Shown here: one piece after another, positions 8,691-17,672 of the stretch | Layout: the number at the start of each line of letters is the position of its first letter | Position numbering within the stretch: the first letter of the stretch is position 1 | Position numbers and translations under genes: made by a program | NCBI GenBank assembly: GCA_964502615.1 | Contig: CAZCXF010000002.1 | Span: 24,236-88,235, forward strand | Origin: an uncultured Candidatus Saccharibacteria bacterium | GTDB lineage: Bacteria > Patescibacteriota > Minisyncoccia > Phycocordibacterales > UBA9973 | Reading direction: 5' to 3' | Length of the DNA stretch: 64,000 bases | Notes under the pieces: model-generated | What the model saw: the letters and a program-made list of their open reading frames with translations, nothing else | The model's database searches: none | Told to the model about the DNA's origin: nothing

Positions 8691-8990
8691 TTATTGAGTT
8701 TTTGTTGGAGCAGGGGGTTGAGTCTTGATATCTTTAATGTATCCTCCCATCATGCCGTAGCCATAATTTGCATCTTTGTCCCATCTCATCATTTTACCTC
8801 CATAACCATATGAACTACGGATTTCTCCTTTAAGTTCTCCGATTTCCATACCTAGAGAAAAGGCCATTATTAATAGGACTATTATTAATATTTTAACCAT
8901 CATATGCTTTTTATAACCATGCATATCTCCACACATGCCACAACCATGTGCATTGCATGGACAAGTTCCACCTTTCATTTCTTCTGACAT
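8691..8990 (-). CDS. Small Cys/His/Met/Gly/Tyr-rich membrane-anchored protein, putative metal-binding
   Basis: CPCNAHGCGMCGDMHGYKKHMM N-terminal cluster, a single TM helix, then YGYGG/MMGGY repeats. Confidence 0.45.
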   Translation of the reverse strand: MSEEMKGGTCPCNAHGCGMCGDMHGYKKHMMVKILIIVLLIMAFSLGMEIGELKGEIRSSYGYGGKMMRWDKDANYGYGMMGGYIKDIKTQPPAPTKTQ

Positions 8991-9068
8991 AATTTTATAT
9001 AAATTTATTATAAATAAAATAACCGACTAATCATATTATACGCTATTTTATAATAAATAGTGTAAGTT

Positions 9069-9596
9069 TTAACTTAGGATTATTTTACCAAAAAACCACC
9101 CAATTGCTCCTAGATAAGTAGCTCTTATAAATATTCCTATCATTGTTGATATAAAGTAGTTTTTAAAAGATAAACGTAAAATTCCAGCACAAGCAGTAAC
9201 AACAGTATTTGGAAATATTGGTAAAAATCTTAGTATTGTTATTGCTCGCACTGTGTTTTTATTATTAGCTATTTTTTCACGAGCCTCCTCTATTTTCTTG
9301 CTCGAGACAAAAAAATATTTGCCGTAAGTTTTTAGACCAATAATTCCTCCATAGTAAGCAATATAATAAATCCAAAGCGAGCCAATAGTTACACCAAGAG
9401 CAGAGGGAAGTGCAACTACTAAAAGTAACTTTATTACACCACCTATAGTAAATGCTTGTCCGCCTAAAATAATTGCACCTGCTCCAATATGAACAAGTAC
9501 AGATGGTATAAAAACAACCACCTCTTCTATTATGAAAGCAAGAAACACCCCTAATGCTCCAAAAATTATTATTACATTATTTAAATTTTCAATCAT
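9069..9596 (-). CDS. DedA / SNARE-associated (TVP38/TMEM64) family membrane protein
   Basis: Polytopic membrane protein with a DedA-type core (FLPIFPNTVVTACAGILRLSFKNYF). Confidence 0.65.
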   Translation of the reverse strand: MIENLNNVIIIFGALGVFLAFIIEEVVVFIPSVLVHIGAGAIILGGQAFTIGGVIKLLLVVALPSALGVTIGSLWIYYIAYYGGIIGLKTYGKYFFVSSKKIEEAREKIANNKNTVRAITILRFLPIFPNTVVTACAGILRLSFKNYFISTMIGIFIRATYLGAIGWFFGKIILS

Positions 9597-9598
9597 TT

Positions 9599-10102
9599 TT
9601 AGTAAGGATATTGTCTAAGTTTTAATTTATATGCAACAAAGCATGCAAGTGGATGGAAAATATATGTAAATACCAGCCCTGCTAAAGCAAGCGCCCAAGA
9701 TATATATCCAAAGCATAATAGTACTAATCCAGTTGTTATCATGTAATCCCCATGATCAACTATTGGCATAAATTTACCATCTTCGATTCCGAACCTACGT
9801 TTTATAAAACTACCAATAGTGTGACCAAGATATACCAATAGGGGAATGATCGCTAGATAAAAATCATTAAAAATAATATAGACAGTAATTGAAGCAATTA
9901 TTGCTATCAATAGTCCAAAAACGGTTGTAGATTCTCCTATCAATCTATTCCCTGAAAGTATAATATTTGCATCTATCGGTCTATCCATCGATACATATGT
10001 AGGCCTATACCTCTTTAATACATAGAGTAAATTAAAAAGTATATTTGTTCCCCAGGCTATACCAACATAGAGAATAAAATTATAGATTGTTAAATTGATC
10101 AT
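9599..10102 (-). CDS. Small polytopic membrane protein, CdsA/CarS (DUF46)-like cytidylyltransferase-type, putative
   Basis: KRRFGIEDGKFMPIVDHGDY resembles the K-x-x-G-x-K-D-x-G C-terminal signature of CTP-transferase (CdsA/CarS) membrane proteins. The match is weak. Confidence 0.35.
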   Translation of the reverse strand: MINLTIYNFILYVGIAWGTNILFNLLYVLKRYRPTYVSMDRPIDANIILSGNRLIGESTTVFGLLIAIIASITVYIIFNDFYLAIIPLLVYLGHTIGSFIKRRFGIEDGKFMPIVDHGDYMITTGLVLLCFGYISWALALAGLVFTYIFHPLACFVAYKLKLRQYPY

Positions 10103-11405
10103 AAAATATTGGGTTTACCATCACATATGTATTTATCCCAGATTTTCTTATCATACCATCTATTACAGATAGTGGCTCAGGTAAACATGGATTCATATAT
10201 ATATGAAAGTTAGTTTTCCAATATTTTCCATATATAATCGATTCCTCACTTTTAAGAGTAATGAATTCTTTTTGCCCAATTACCTTATTTCTTATGGGCA
10301 TATTTGTAAGTACGTCCATAGATACTTCTTCTGGATAAGATTTTTCCATACAAGTTATACCAGGTACTGTAACAGGTAGATAACTCTCGTTCTTATCTAT
10401 ACTTTTTATTATATTATGAATCGAGGTATCCTTTTCTAGATTCTTTTTTATAACTTCGTTTTTGTCTTTATCATATATATAAAAATTCTGGCCAGGTTCT
10501 ATAATATTTTCTCCATAATTGTATATATCTAAATCGCGAACTCCAGCTTGCCACCATGATCCTAAAAATATAAATATAATAGGGATTAAAAATTGAAGTC
10601 TTACCTTTTCTTTAGTTAAGTAAAGAATTATTTCATACAAGAGAATTATTGATGCGAGCTCTGCTAGTAGTAGAGCTAAACTCGGATCAATATCAGCCAT
10701 AAATATATTAGTTACCAAAAATAACAATGAAAAAAAAGTTATTATGTAGTAATAATTTAGATTGAATTTATTTTTCTCTCTCATTGAAAAAGCCCAGACA
10801 AAGAAAGCCCCTATATAAAAGCCATAATTCAACAACCCTCCATCAATAGATGTTTTTATTATTGAAAATGATAATATCGCATATCCTATTATCAAAAAAA
10901 ATTTTTGAGTTGCATTCCTATCTTTTATCTTTGAATAGAATGATGAAGCAAAGTACCATATAACTTGCAAAAGCACTATTAAAAGTAGTATTGAACCTAT
11001 ATAAAATAAAATATTTGGAATAACTCCTATGTATGCACCTCCTGCATCAACTTTTGCAAGATCAGTGAATCCTATTTTTGAAAGTATTATTCCCACAGCA
11101 CCTTTTGCAACGTGAGTATGTGATAGGGTAGAGCTCGATATCTCTCCATTGTTTCCAGTTATTATAAAATCAGTTATTTTTACTCCAAGAATTTTAGTAT
11201 AGATTACATGTAAAAATAATCCATATAAGTATAAACTTCCTAAACTTATACCAAACCACTTCCACTTAAAACTTTTTAGTGGTTTTTTATTTTCTATGAT
11301 TTTATATATTAAAAAAAGAGTTATTAAATAAGTAACAAACAAAAAAACCTTAGTGTCGCTTCTACCACCAGCAAAGATATTAACGAAAGAGTGTATTAAG
11401 GGCAT
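10080..11405 (-). CDS. Large polytopic membrane protein (about 8 TM + C-terminal ~160-aa soluble domain), hypothetical
   Basis: Hydrophobicity pattern only; the gene sits immediately downstream of two pilin genes. Confidence 0.5.
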   Translation of the reverse strand: MPLIHSFVNIFAGGRSDTKVFLFVTYLITLFLIYKIIENKKPLKSFKWKWFGISLGSLYLYGLFLHVIYTKILGVKITDFIITGNNGEISSSTLSHTHVAKGAVGIILSKIGFTDLAKVDAGGAYIGVIPNILFYIGSILLLIVLLQVIWYFASSFYSKIKDRNATQKFFLIIGYAILSFSIIKTSIDGGLLNYGFYIGAFFVWAFSMREKNKFNLNYYYIITFFSLLFLVTNIFMADIDPSLALLLAELASIILLYEIILYLTKEKVRLQFLIPIIFIFLGSWWQAGVRDLDIYNYGENIIEPGQNFYIYDKDKNEVIKKNLEKDTSIHNIIKSIDKNESYLPVTVPGITCMEKSYPEEVSMDVLTNMPIRNKVIGQKEFITLKSEESIIYGKYWKTNFHIYMNPCLPEPLSVIDGMIRKSGINTYVMVNPIFYDQFNNL

Positions 11406-11407
11406 GC

Positions 11408-11965
11408 TTAGAATGATCCAGGACCGTACCCAAAAGACTTAGGGTTACCATTCTCTAGATTTTCAGCATAGACTCTATATGTGCTAGCTGTTACAGTACC
11501 TGGTCCTAATTGGTCATTTATATAAGACAATGCCCCAGGAGCTTGATAAACATAATCAAAATATCCTCTATACTTGTAATTTCCACTTGGATCATAACAA
11601 TTAGCTCCACAAGGATCTTTCGGTACTGTTTTCATATAAGGATTTAGAGCTGTTGTAAGAGTTGACCATGGTTTACCGTTACCACCATCAAATTCATTTG
11701 TAAAACATGTATTATCATATGCATCTGGATTATCGCAGTTTCCTGACTCGCCTAAATCAGGAGCATGGTTATTCCCCGCTATATAAAGCTCAATAGCTGT
11801 TCTTATTTCTTGAATATTTCTTATTCGCTTTGCATCTCTACCTTTAGCTCGAGCAGAACTTAGTGATGCTATTATGATCGTAGATAATACAGCTATTATT
11901 ACAATAGCTATTAGTAACTCAATAAGAGTAAATCCTCCCTTTATATTCTTTTTAGTCTTCTTCAT
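11408..11965 (-). CDS. Type IV pilin / pseudopilin-like protein with prepilin-type N-terminal methylation domain
   Basis: N-terminus KGGFTLIELLIAIVIIAVL (prepilin peptidase site G|FTLIE). It is a paralogue of 12026..12592 with near-identical blocks (SSARAKGRDAKR, PWSTLTTALNPYMKTVPKDPCG). Confidence 0.8.
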   Translation of the reverse strand: MKKTKKNIKGGFTLIELLIAIVIIAVLSTIIIASLSSARAKGRDAKRIRNIQEIRTAIELYIAGNNHAPDLGESGNCDNPDAYDNTCFTNEFDGGNGKPWSTLTTALNPYMKTVPKDPCGANCYDPSGNYKYRGYFDYVYQAPGALSYINDQLGPGTVTASTYRVYAENLENGNPKSFGYGPGSF

Positions 11966-12025
11966 AGAGAGAATTATAACAATTATGGTCTATGTTTGCC
12001 AACTAAAATTTTAGGTTAGATTTAG

Positions 12026-12592
12026 TTAAAATGACCCAGGACCGTATCCAAAGAACTTAGGGTTACCCTTTTCAAGATTTGTTGCAAATATCCTGTAAGT
12101 ATTAACGGTTACGGTTCCTGGTCCTATTTGGTCGTTTAAATAAGATAATGTTCCAGGCGCATGATATACGTATTCGAAATATCCTCTGTCGTTATAGTTT
12201 CCAGATGGATCGTAACATCCTACTCCACAAGGATCTTTCGGTACTGTTTTCATATAAGGATTTAGAGCTGTTGTAAGTGTTGACCATGGTTTACCTGTAC
12301 CTCCTCCATCCCATTCATTTGCAAAACAAGAAGGATCATATGCTTCTGGGTTTCCACAATTTGATGGATCACCTAAATCTGGTGCATGACCATTTCCTGC
12401 TATATATAACTCAATTGCAGTTCTAATCTCTTCAATATTTCTAACTCTCTTAGCGTCTCTGCCTTTAGCACGTGCAGAACTAAGAGCCGACAGTATTATT
12501 GCTGATAGTATTGCTATTATTGCAATTGCTATTAATAATTCAATAAGAGTAAATCCACCAACAAGATTCTTCTTTCTTAGCTTCTTTTTCAT
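12026..12592 (-). CDS. Type IV pilin / pseudopilin-like protein (tandem paralogue)
   Basis: N-terminus VGGFTLIELLIAIAIIAIL. Roughly 75-80% identical to 11408..11965. Confidence 0.8.
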   Translation of the reverse strand: MKKKLRKKNLVGGFTLIELLIAIAIIAILSAIILSALSSARAKGRDAKRVRNIEEIRTAIELYIAGNGHAPDLGDPSNCGNPEAYDPSCFANEWDGGGTGKPWSTLTTALNPYMKTVPKDPCGVGCYDPSGNYNDRGYFEYVYHAPGTLSYLNDQIGPGTVTVNTYRIFATNLEKGNPKFFGYGPGSF

Positions 12593-12645
12593 ACAGATAA
12601 TTATACCAACTATGGTTTATATTACCAATCTGTTAAAATGTCTTT

Positions 12646-12978
12646 ATGTTAATGAAAATTTTCTTTATAGGTAGGGCAATAAGAGAAGCCAAAAATAACC
12701 CATCAGGATTTGCTAGTTCAAATACCAAAGAGGCTTTATGGGGAATATTTTTAATTCCCATAATTATACTTGCACTAGGACTTATTTTTTTGTTTATTCT
12801 TTCCTTTACACATTTACTTGGTGGCCCGTATCTTTTCTTTAAAATTATATTTTTTATTGGCTTATTTTTTTCTTCAATATTTTTTGTGATAGTGTATAAG
12901 CTCATAAGTAAGATAGGGAATACGACCAAAAAAGTTGTTTCTAAAACAATAGAAAATGTAAGTAATAAAATACAATAA
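12646..12978 (+). CDS. Small hydrophobic membrane protein (uncertain; overlaps an equally long antisense ORF)
   Basis: Three predicted TM helices. The competing minus-strand ORF 12633..12995 would run through the terminator at 12984-13010. Confidence 0.25.
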   Translation: MLMKIFFIGRAIREAKNNPSGFASSNTKEALWGIFLIPIIILALGLIFLFILSFTHLLGGPYLFFKIIFFIGLFFSSIFFVIVYKLISKIGNTTKKVVSKTIENVSNKIQ

Positions 12979-12983
12979 AAAAT

Positions 12984-13010
12984 AGCGTACCCCATCCGGC
13001 GGTACGCTAT
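12984..13010 (-). terminator. GC-rich rho-independent terminator for the 13042..13911 gene
   Basis: TAGCGTACC-ccatccggc-GGTACGCTA, followed on the minus strand by ATTTTTTATT. Confidence 0.7.
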
Positions 13011-13041
13011 AACTGTATATATAACAGTCTATGAAAAGCTC

Positions 13042-13911
13042 TTAATCTCCACGGTTTGCAAAGGTGTATCCGACTGAAATACCCAGGAAGATGTTTTCGG
13101 TGCGTCCATTACGCTTGCCGATTAATCCTGAAGGAGTATTGTCGGAGTACTTGCTGCTTATCCTCGGCACTACACACTTTGCTTGTACGAAGAAGTTTTT
13201 AAATTTTGCAGAGACCAGACCGTAAATTTCCAACCGGGTATCTGTGATTCGGGTGTTGTAGTAGTGTCGGCCAGATATTTGCGGCTCACTGGTGTTGTAT
13301 ATCAGAGCTTTAAACCCAGCACCAACCCCGATTACATCTCCGAAAAACTTCTTGAACTCCAGCTGGGGAATAAAAACATTTTCAGACCATGCGCTGTCAT
13401 TATCACGGGGCAGGAAAGTGTATGTCAGGCTCAGTTCTGCATCGATACCAGACTCATCTCCTTCCAGGTTTCCCATGATTCTTGCTCCCCATAATACATC
13501 GTTGTCATTCTTTTTTCTCAGGCTGTCGGGCAACGGTTTGGGTGTGATCATTGCTGTCGGTCCGCCGCCTAAGTTCAGGTAGTAATGGCCGTCACGGAAG
13601 TTTCCTCTGTCATAGGTGAAAGTCTTGTGCAAGCCACCACCAACGGTAATGCTTGTCATTTTACGCAGGCCAGGATAAGATCCCTTTTTCAAAGGTTGTT
13701 CCCGGGAAAATCCGCAGATGAACCCGCCGTAGTAATCACGGAAGTCGATTTCTGCAGTTTTTCCTACATTGGTGGAATCCTTTTTTTCAAGGTTTACACC
13801 AACAGAAATTTTGCCGTAATACGGCGGGATTTCTTTCTCCGCTTTTTGTTTTTTCTGTGCGAATGCGCTGATAGATACCAGCGCAAGAATCGCGATCATG
13901 ATTTTTTTCAT
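13042..13911 (-). CDS. Exported outer-membrane beta-barrel-like protein with a Bacteroidetes-type signal peptide; gene has anomalously high GC (~45-50%)
   Basis: Signal peptide MKKIMIAILALVSISAFAQ. Alternating amphipathic beta-strand pattern with Gly/Tyr-rich turns and a C-terminal ...GYTFANRGD. Local GC is much higher than the flanks. Confidence 0.6.
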   Translation of the reverse strand: MKKIMIAILALVSISAFAQKKQKAEKEIPPYYGKISVGVNLEKKDSTNVGKTAEIDFRDYYGGFICGFSREQPLKKGSYPGLRKMTSITVGGGLHKTFTYDRGNFRDGHYYLNLGGGPTAMITPKPLPDSLRKKNDNDVLWGARIMGNLEGDESGIDAELSLTYTFLPRDNDSAWSENVFIPQLEFKKFFGDVIGVGAGFKALIYNTSEPQISGRHYYNTRITDTRLEIYGLVSAKFKNFFVQAKCVVPRISSKYSDNTPSGLIGKRNGRTENIFLGISVGYTFANRGD

Positions 13912-14099
13912 AAACTGTTTTTAATTGATTGTTTTTAAATGTAAATATTTAATTGAGTGTATTTCGTTTTTCCAACGATTTCTCGCGGGGAAGACGAAAG
14001 ACACTCGACAAATCAATGTTTTTTAAGGTGCTTTGATTGACCTCTTATTAACATATTGGAACGAAAAAGTCAAGGGGTTAGGTATATGGTAATCCATAC

Positions 14100-14126
14100 A
14101 AAAAAGCCCTTTTGAGGGCTGTTTTT
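14100..14126 (-). terminator. Rho-independent terminator downstream of the 14134..15690 gene
   Basis: AAAAAAGCCCTTTTGAGGGCTGTTTTTG hairpin. Confidence 0.7.
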
Positions 14127-14133
14127 GTAGAAT

Positions 14134-15690
14134 TTATTTGTTCTTTGTTATGTCGTTACCTGGGTAAGTGACAGTGTTTGGAGTGTTTGAGTAGTCTTTA
14201 CCTATCTGTTGTATATTTTTATTTTCAACATTTGCAAAGTTTCCTACATTTATTTCAGCTAATCTCTTTAGTCTTGCTTCTCCGTTTGCTATGTCTAGCT
14301 CTGTTTCAGTTATACTTTTCTTTAATTTTGTTAGATAACTCCTGTTATTATTACCTGCTTGGAGTTCTATTTGTTGGTCTTTTAGAATTTTATTTAGAAC
14401 TTTTATTTGTCTTGCTTGATTATCAATTTCTTGTTGTTGGTTTATTTCTTGGAATTTCTGTTCATAAGCCAATTTTATTTGGTCTATTGTGAGCTTATAA
14501 ATATGACCGCTTATCATTATTGTGAATTTCAAATCAAAATTTTTTTTCTTTGATAAACTATCTAGTGTTTCTAATTTTTCTTTTGATACACCTTGAAGTT
14601 CTTCATCAGTTATTATGTATGCTACTCCTTTTTCAGGACTTATATCTGCTTTTTCTAATGCTTGTATCGTCGCATCTATGGCAAGCTCTCTATCTTCGTT
14701 TATAAATTTCATTTCTCTTATAGTATTCGCTGCATCTTCTAGGTTTTTTGATACAAATGCAGTATCAGCTTTATTCGTATAACCTATAACAGAAGTTTCT
14801 AGATCCTCCTTTGTGTTATCAAGAAGATTTTTAATTAATTCCTTCTTATGAGATTCCATAGAAGGGCTTTTATCGACAAGAAGCATTACCTTTTTATAAC
14901 CATCAAAGTCGAACGGTTTACCACCTGTTTCTATTTTAATTATTGGAGGCACTTCTTCTTTAGTATTTTTATCAAACAATACAACCAAATCTAAGTTTAC
15001 AAAGCGCATAGTTTTATAAACTTCATGTAGTTTGTCTTTATTTTTCTGTAATTCATCCCATTCGTTATCTGTAAATGGTTTATTGGTTTCTGGGTTTAAT
15101 ACTTTGTGGTAATCAATAACTCCATTTTCTGGAATATTAAATTTTAGATTACTAAAGGTTTTTATTACGTCACTTATTTGTTTTGGAGTTAGGTCTGTTT
15201 TAGAAAAGTCAAATTTTGATAATATTTCCTTTATTACTCGCTGGGTTTCTTCAGCACGAGCACGAGCAAGGCCTAAGTTTCCATTTTCGTAAGAATTTGT
15301 GTTTCTAGGATCACAACTTACATTAAGTTCAGGAGTAGAATTTATAAATTTATCTACATTTTTTGAGTTTAAGTTATTTATGTAAGTTGATACAAGTTTT
15401 GATATTTCACCACCATTTTCTGCAGAAATTTCAGCTTTATCAGTTTCAAAATAATTTGCAATTTTTATTTCCACCTTTTCACTACTCTTGTTTATTAAAG
15501 CTTCCATTTTTTTAATATCATTTGCTCTAAGTGAGTCTGTAGGGTCACCCTTTTCTTTTGCATTTGCTGCAAGACCCATAGTAACCAAAGCGGCACCTAA
15601 TATTGCTTTCTTAAGCCCAGTGTTACTAGCTGTCTCTTCTTTTTTGTCCTCCTTTTTATTTTTAGGAGGGAAGTTAAAATTTAATTTCAT
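14134..15690 (-). CDS. Secreted/anchored vWA-domain protein with C-terminal coiled coil
   Basis: N-terminal signal/TM (AILGAALVTMGLAANA). MIDAS-like D-x-S-x-S motif (VMLLVDKSPSM). Long charged heptad-like C-terminal region. Confidence 0.5.
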   Translation of the reverse strand: MKLNFNFPPKNKKEDKKEETASNTGLKKAILGAALVTMGLAANAKEKGDPTDSLRANDIKKMEALINKSSEKVEIKIANYFETDKAEISAENGGEISKLVSTYINNLNSKNVDKFINSTPELNVSCDPRNTNSYENGNLGLARARAEETQRVIKEILSKFDFSKTDLTPKQISDVIKTFSNLKFNIPENGVIDYHKVLNPETNKPFTDNEWDELQKNKDKLHEVYKTMRFVNLDLVVLFDKNTKEEVPPIIKIETGGKPFDFDGYKKVMLLVDKSPSMESHKKELIKNLLDNTKEDLETSVIGYTNKADTAFVSKNLEDAANTIREMKFINEDRELAIDATIQALEKADISPEKGVAYIITDEELQGVSKEKLETLDSLSKKKNFDLKFTIMISGHIYKLTIDQIKLAYEQKFQEINQQQEIDNQARQIKVLNKILKDQQIELQAGNNNRSYLTKLKKSITETELDIANGEARLKRLAEINVGNFANVENKNIQQIGKDYSNTPNTVTYPGNDITKNK

Positions 15691-15750
15691 ACTAGTATTC
15701 TAGCAAAAATACTCCCTTTTAGGAAACTATCAGTATGCTATACTCACTTT

Positions 15751-16377
15751 ATGAAAAAGGATGAAAAAAAACACCTGAAAAGGGAGAAAAATATACTTTA
15801 TACTGGTTTTGGAGATAAGGGGACTACAACCCTTTTTAATTGTAAACAAGAAAGAGTATCTAAAAGTGCAAATGTTATAGAAGCCCTTGGATCTGTAGAT
15901 GAACTAAATGCTTATATTGGGTTAGTAAAGGTTTATACTAGCGGTGGTGAATTTAAAATAAAAACTAAGTCAAAAACTATTTCTTATAGTGATACTCTTG
16001 ATCATATACAACAAGTTTTATTTATAATCCAGGCTGAACTCGCAGGTTCAGACATGACTGTTCCTCAAAATGAAGTGACTAAAATTGAAAACTTAATAAA
16101 TGATATAGGCGATCTACTTCCTCCAATAACTTCATTTACTATTTCAGGAGGAACAGTTGCAAGTGCAAGTCTTGATGTATCCAGAACTCTTGCTCGTCGT
16201 GCAGAACGTCGAATAGTCTCTGTGTTAGATGAAGGTATAAGGAAAGTCGGGCCAAATACAATATCTTACATGAATCGTTTGTCTAGTATATTATTTGCTC
16301 TTTCAAGATATGCGAACCATTTAGCGTCTGTAGAAGAAGAGCACCCAACTTATCTAAAAAATAAAAAAAGTAAATGA
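15751..16377 (+). CDS. PduO-type ATP:cob(I)alamin adenosyltransferase family protein
   Basis: ILYTGFGDKGTTTLFNC...RVSKSANVIEALGSVDELNAYIGL matches the PduO/MMAB N-terminal signature. Confidence 0.6.
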   Translation: MKKDEKKHLKREKNILYTGFGDKGTTTLFNCKQERVSKSANVIEALGSVDELNAYIGLVKVYTSGGEFKIKTKSKTISYSDTLDHIQQVLFIIQAELAGSDMTVPQNEVTKIENLINDIGDLLPPITSFTISGGTVASASLDVSRTLARRAERRIVSVLDEGIRKVGPNTISYMNRLSSILFALSRYANHLASVEEEHPTYLKNKKSK

Positions 16378-17288
16378 AAAATATAAACGGACCAGCACTG
16401 ATAATAATCGCGGCAGTATTGTGGGCCCTAGATGGGGTTATTCGCAGAAACTTATATAGTTTGCCACCCATTACTATAATTTTCTTTGAACATTTGGTTG
16501 GTTTAATCATACTCCTTCCATTTGTTTGGAAAGATTTATTTTTGGAGAAAATTACTAGAAAAGATTTTAGTCTTATTTTATTTATATCAATATTAAGTGG
16601 TTTACTAGGAACACTTTGGTTTACAACAGCATTACTTAAAGTACACTTTATTTCTTTTTCAGTAGTATTTTTATTACAAAAACTTCAACCTATATTTGCA
16701 ATAAGTACTGCTTCAATTTTTCTAAAGGAAAAATTAGATAAAAGATATATTAAGTGGGCGATACTTGCATTGATATCTGCATATTTTGTTACTTTTCCAG
16801 ATGGAAAAGTAAACTTACAGACTGGGGAGGGGACAGTAATTGCTGCCTTATATGCTTTAGGTGCTGCTTTTGCTTGGGGTTCGTCTACTACATTTTCTAA
16901 AATCATTCTAAATAAAATTACTTTTAAAGTAAGTACTTTCTATAGATTTTTATTTACGGCTGTCTCAGCCCTTATAGTTATTTTAGTTATGAATTATAGC
17001 CAGTCTTTATTTGCTCCTACAATAAACCAGTTTGGACTCTTTGCTTTAATTGCAATCTCTACCGGAATGGTCGCACTTCTGATATATTACAGAGGTCTTT
17101 CAAAGACACCTGTACATATATCGACAATACTCGAGTTAACTTTTCCATTTATAGCAATATTCATAGACATGACTCTTTATCATACAACCCTATCATTTTC
17201 TCAATGGATTGCAGTTTTTGTACTAGTATTCTCTATTTATAAAATAGCGAGCTTACAATCTAATGCTTTATCAAACCAAACAAATTAA
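16374..17288 (+). CDS. EamA/DMT-family transporter
   Basis: Ten predicted TM helices in two 5-TM repeats. Confidence 0.55.
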   Translation: MKNINGPALIIIAAVLWALDGVIRRNLYSLPPITIIFFEHLVGLIILLPFVWKDLFLEKITRKDFSLILFISILSGLLGTLWFTTALLKVHFISFSVVFLLQKLQPIFAISTASIFLKEKLDKRYIKWAILALISAYFVTFPDGKVNLQTGEGTVIAALYALGAAFAWGSSTTFSKIILNKITFKVSTFYRFLFTAVSALIVILVMNYSQSLFAPTINQFGLFALIAISTGMVALLIYYRGLSKTPVHISTILELTFPFIAIFIDMTLYHTTLSFSQWIAVFVLVFSIYKIASLQSNALSNQTN

Positions 17289-17634
17289 AGGAGTTGGAAG
17301 GGGAAGAAAGATTGGTTTCCCTACAATTAATCTCATCATTCCAGAAGAATTTCATTTCGATGATGGTGTTTACGCTACCTGGGTAGTGGTTGAAGATCAG
17401 ACTTTCAAAGGAGCTCTTCACTACGGTCCTATACCAACTTTTAATTTAAAAGATAAATCGCTCGAGGTTCACTTGATCGATGTTACTGATGGCAATATTC
17501 CGGTTACATATGGTAAAGATATAGAAATAGATATTGTAGAAAAGATTAGAGATGTTAAAAATTTTGAAAATGCTCTTGAACTTGCAACGCAAATAAGTGA
17601 TGATGTTCAGAAAATTAAATCAATTTTAAAATAA
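17263..17634 (+). CDS. Riboflavin kinase domain protein (RibF C-terminal type)
   Basis: GVGRGRKIGFPTINL motif (GRG...PTAN flavokinase signature). Confidence 0.7.
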   Translation: MLYQTKQIKGVGRGRKIGFPTINLIIPEEFHFDDGVYATWVVVEDQTFKGALHYGPIPTFNLKDKSLEVHLIDVTDGNIPVTYGKDIEIDIVEKIRDVKNFENALELATQISDDVQKIKSILK

Positions 17635-17672
17635 CTAGCAGATTGGAGATAAATAAGTTAGTATAGAAACCT

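Noticed and set aside
12633-12995. Minus-strand ORF antisense to 12646..12978
   Set aside because: It would read through the 12984-13010 terminator of the upstream gene and into the pilin promoter region. Only one of the two overlapping ORFs can be real and neither has motif support, so the plus-strand one is kept at low confidence only.
13183-13938. Three plus-strand ORFs (13183..13494, 13292..13582, 13585..13938) antisense to the OMP-like gene
   Set aside because: They are shadow ORFs created by the higher GC of this islet. The minus-strand gene has a signal peptide and a coherent beta-barrel pattern.
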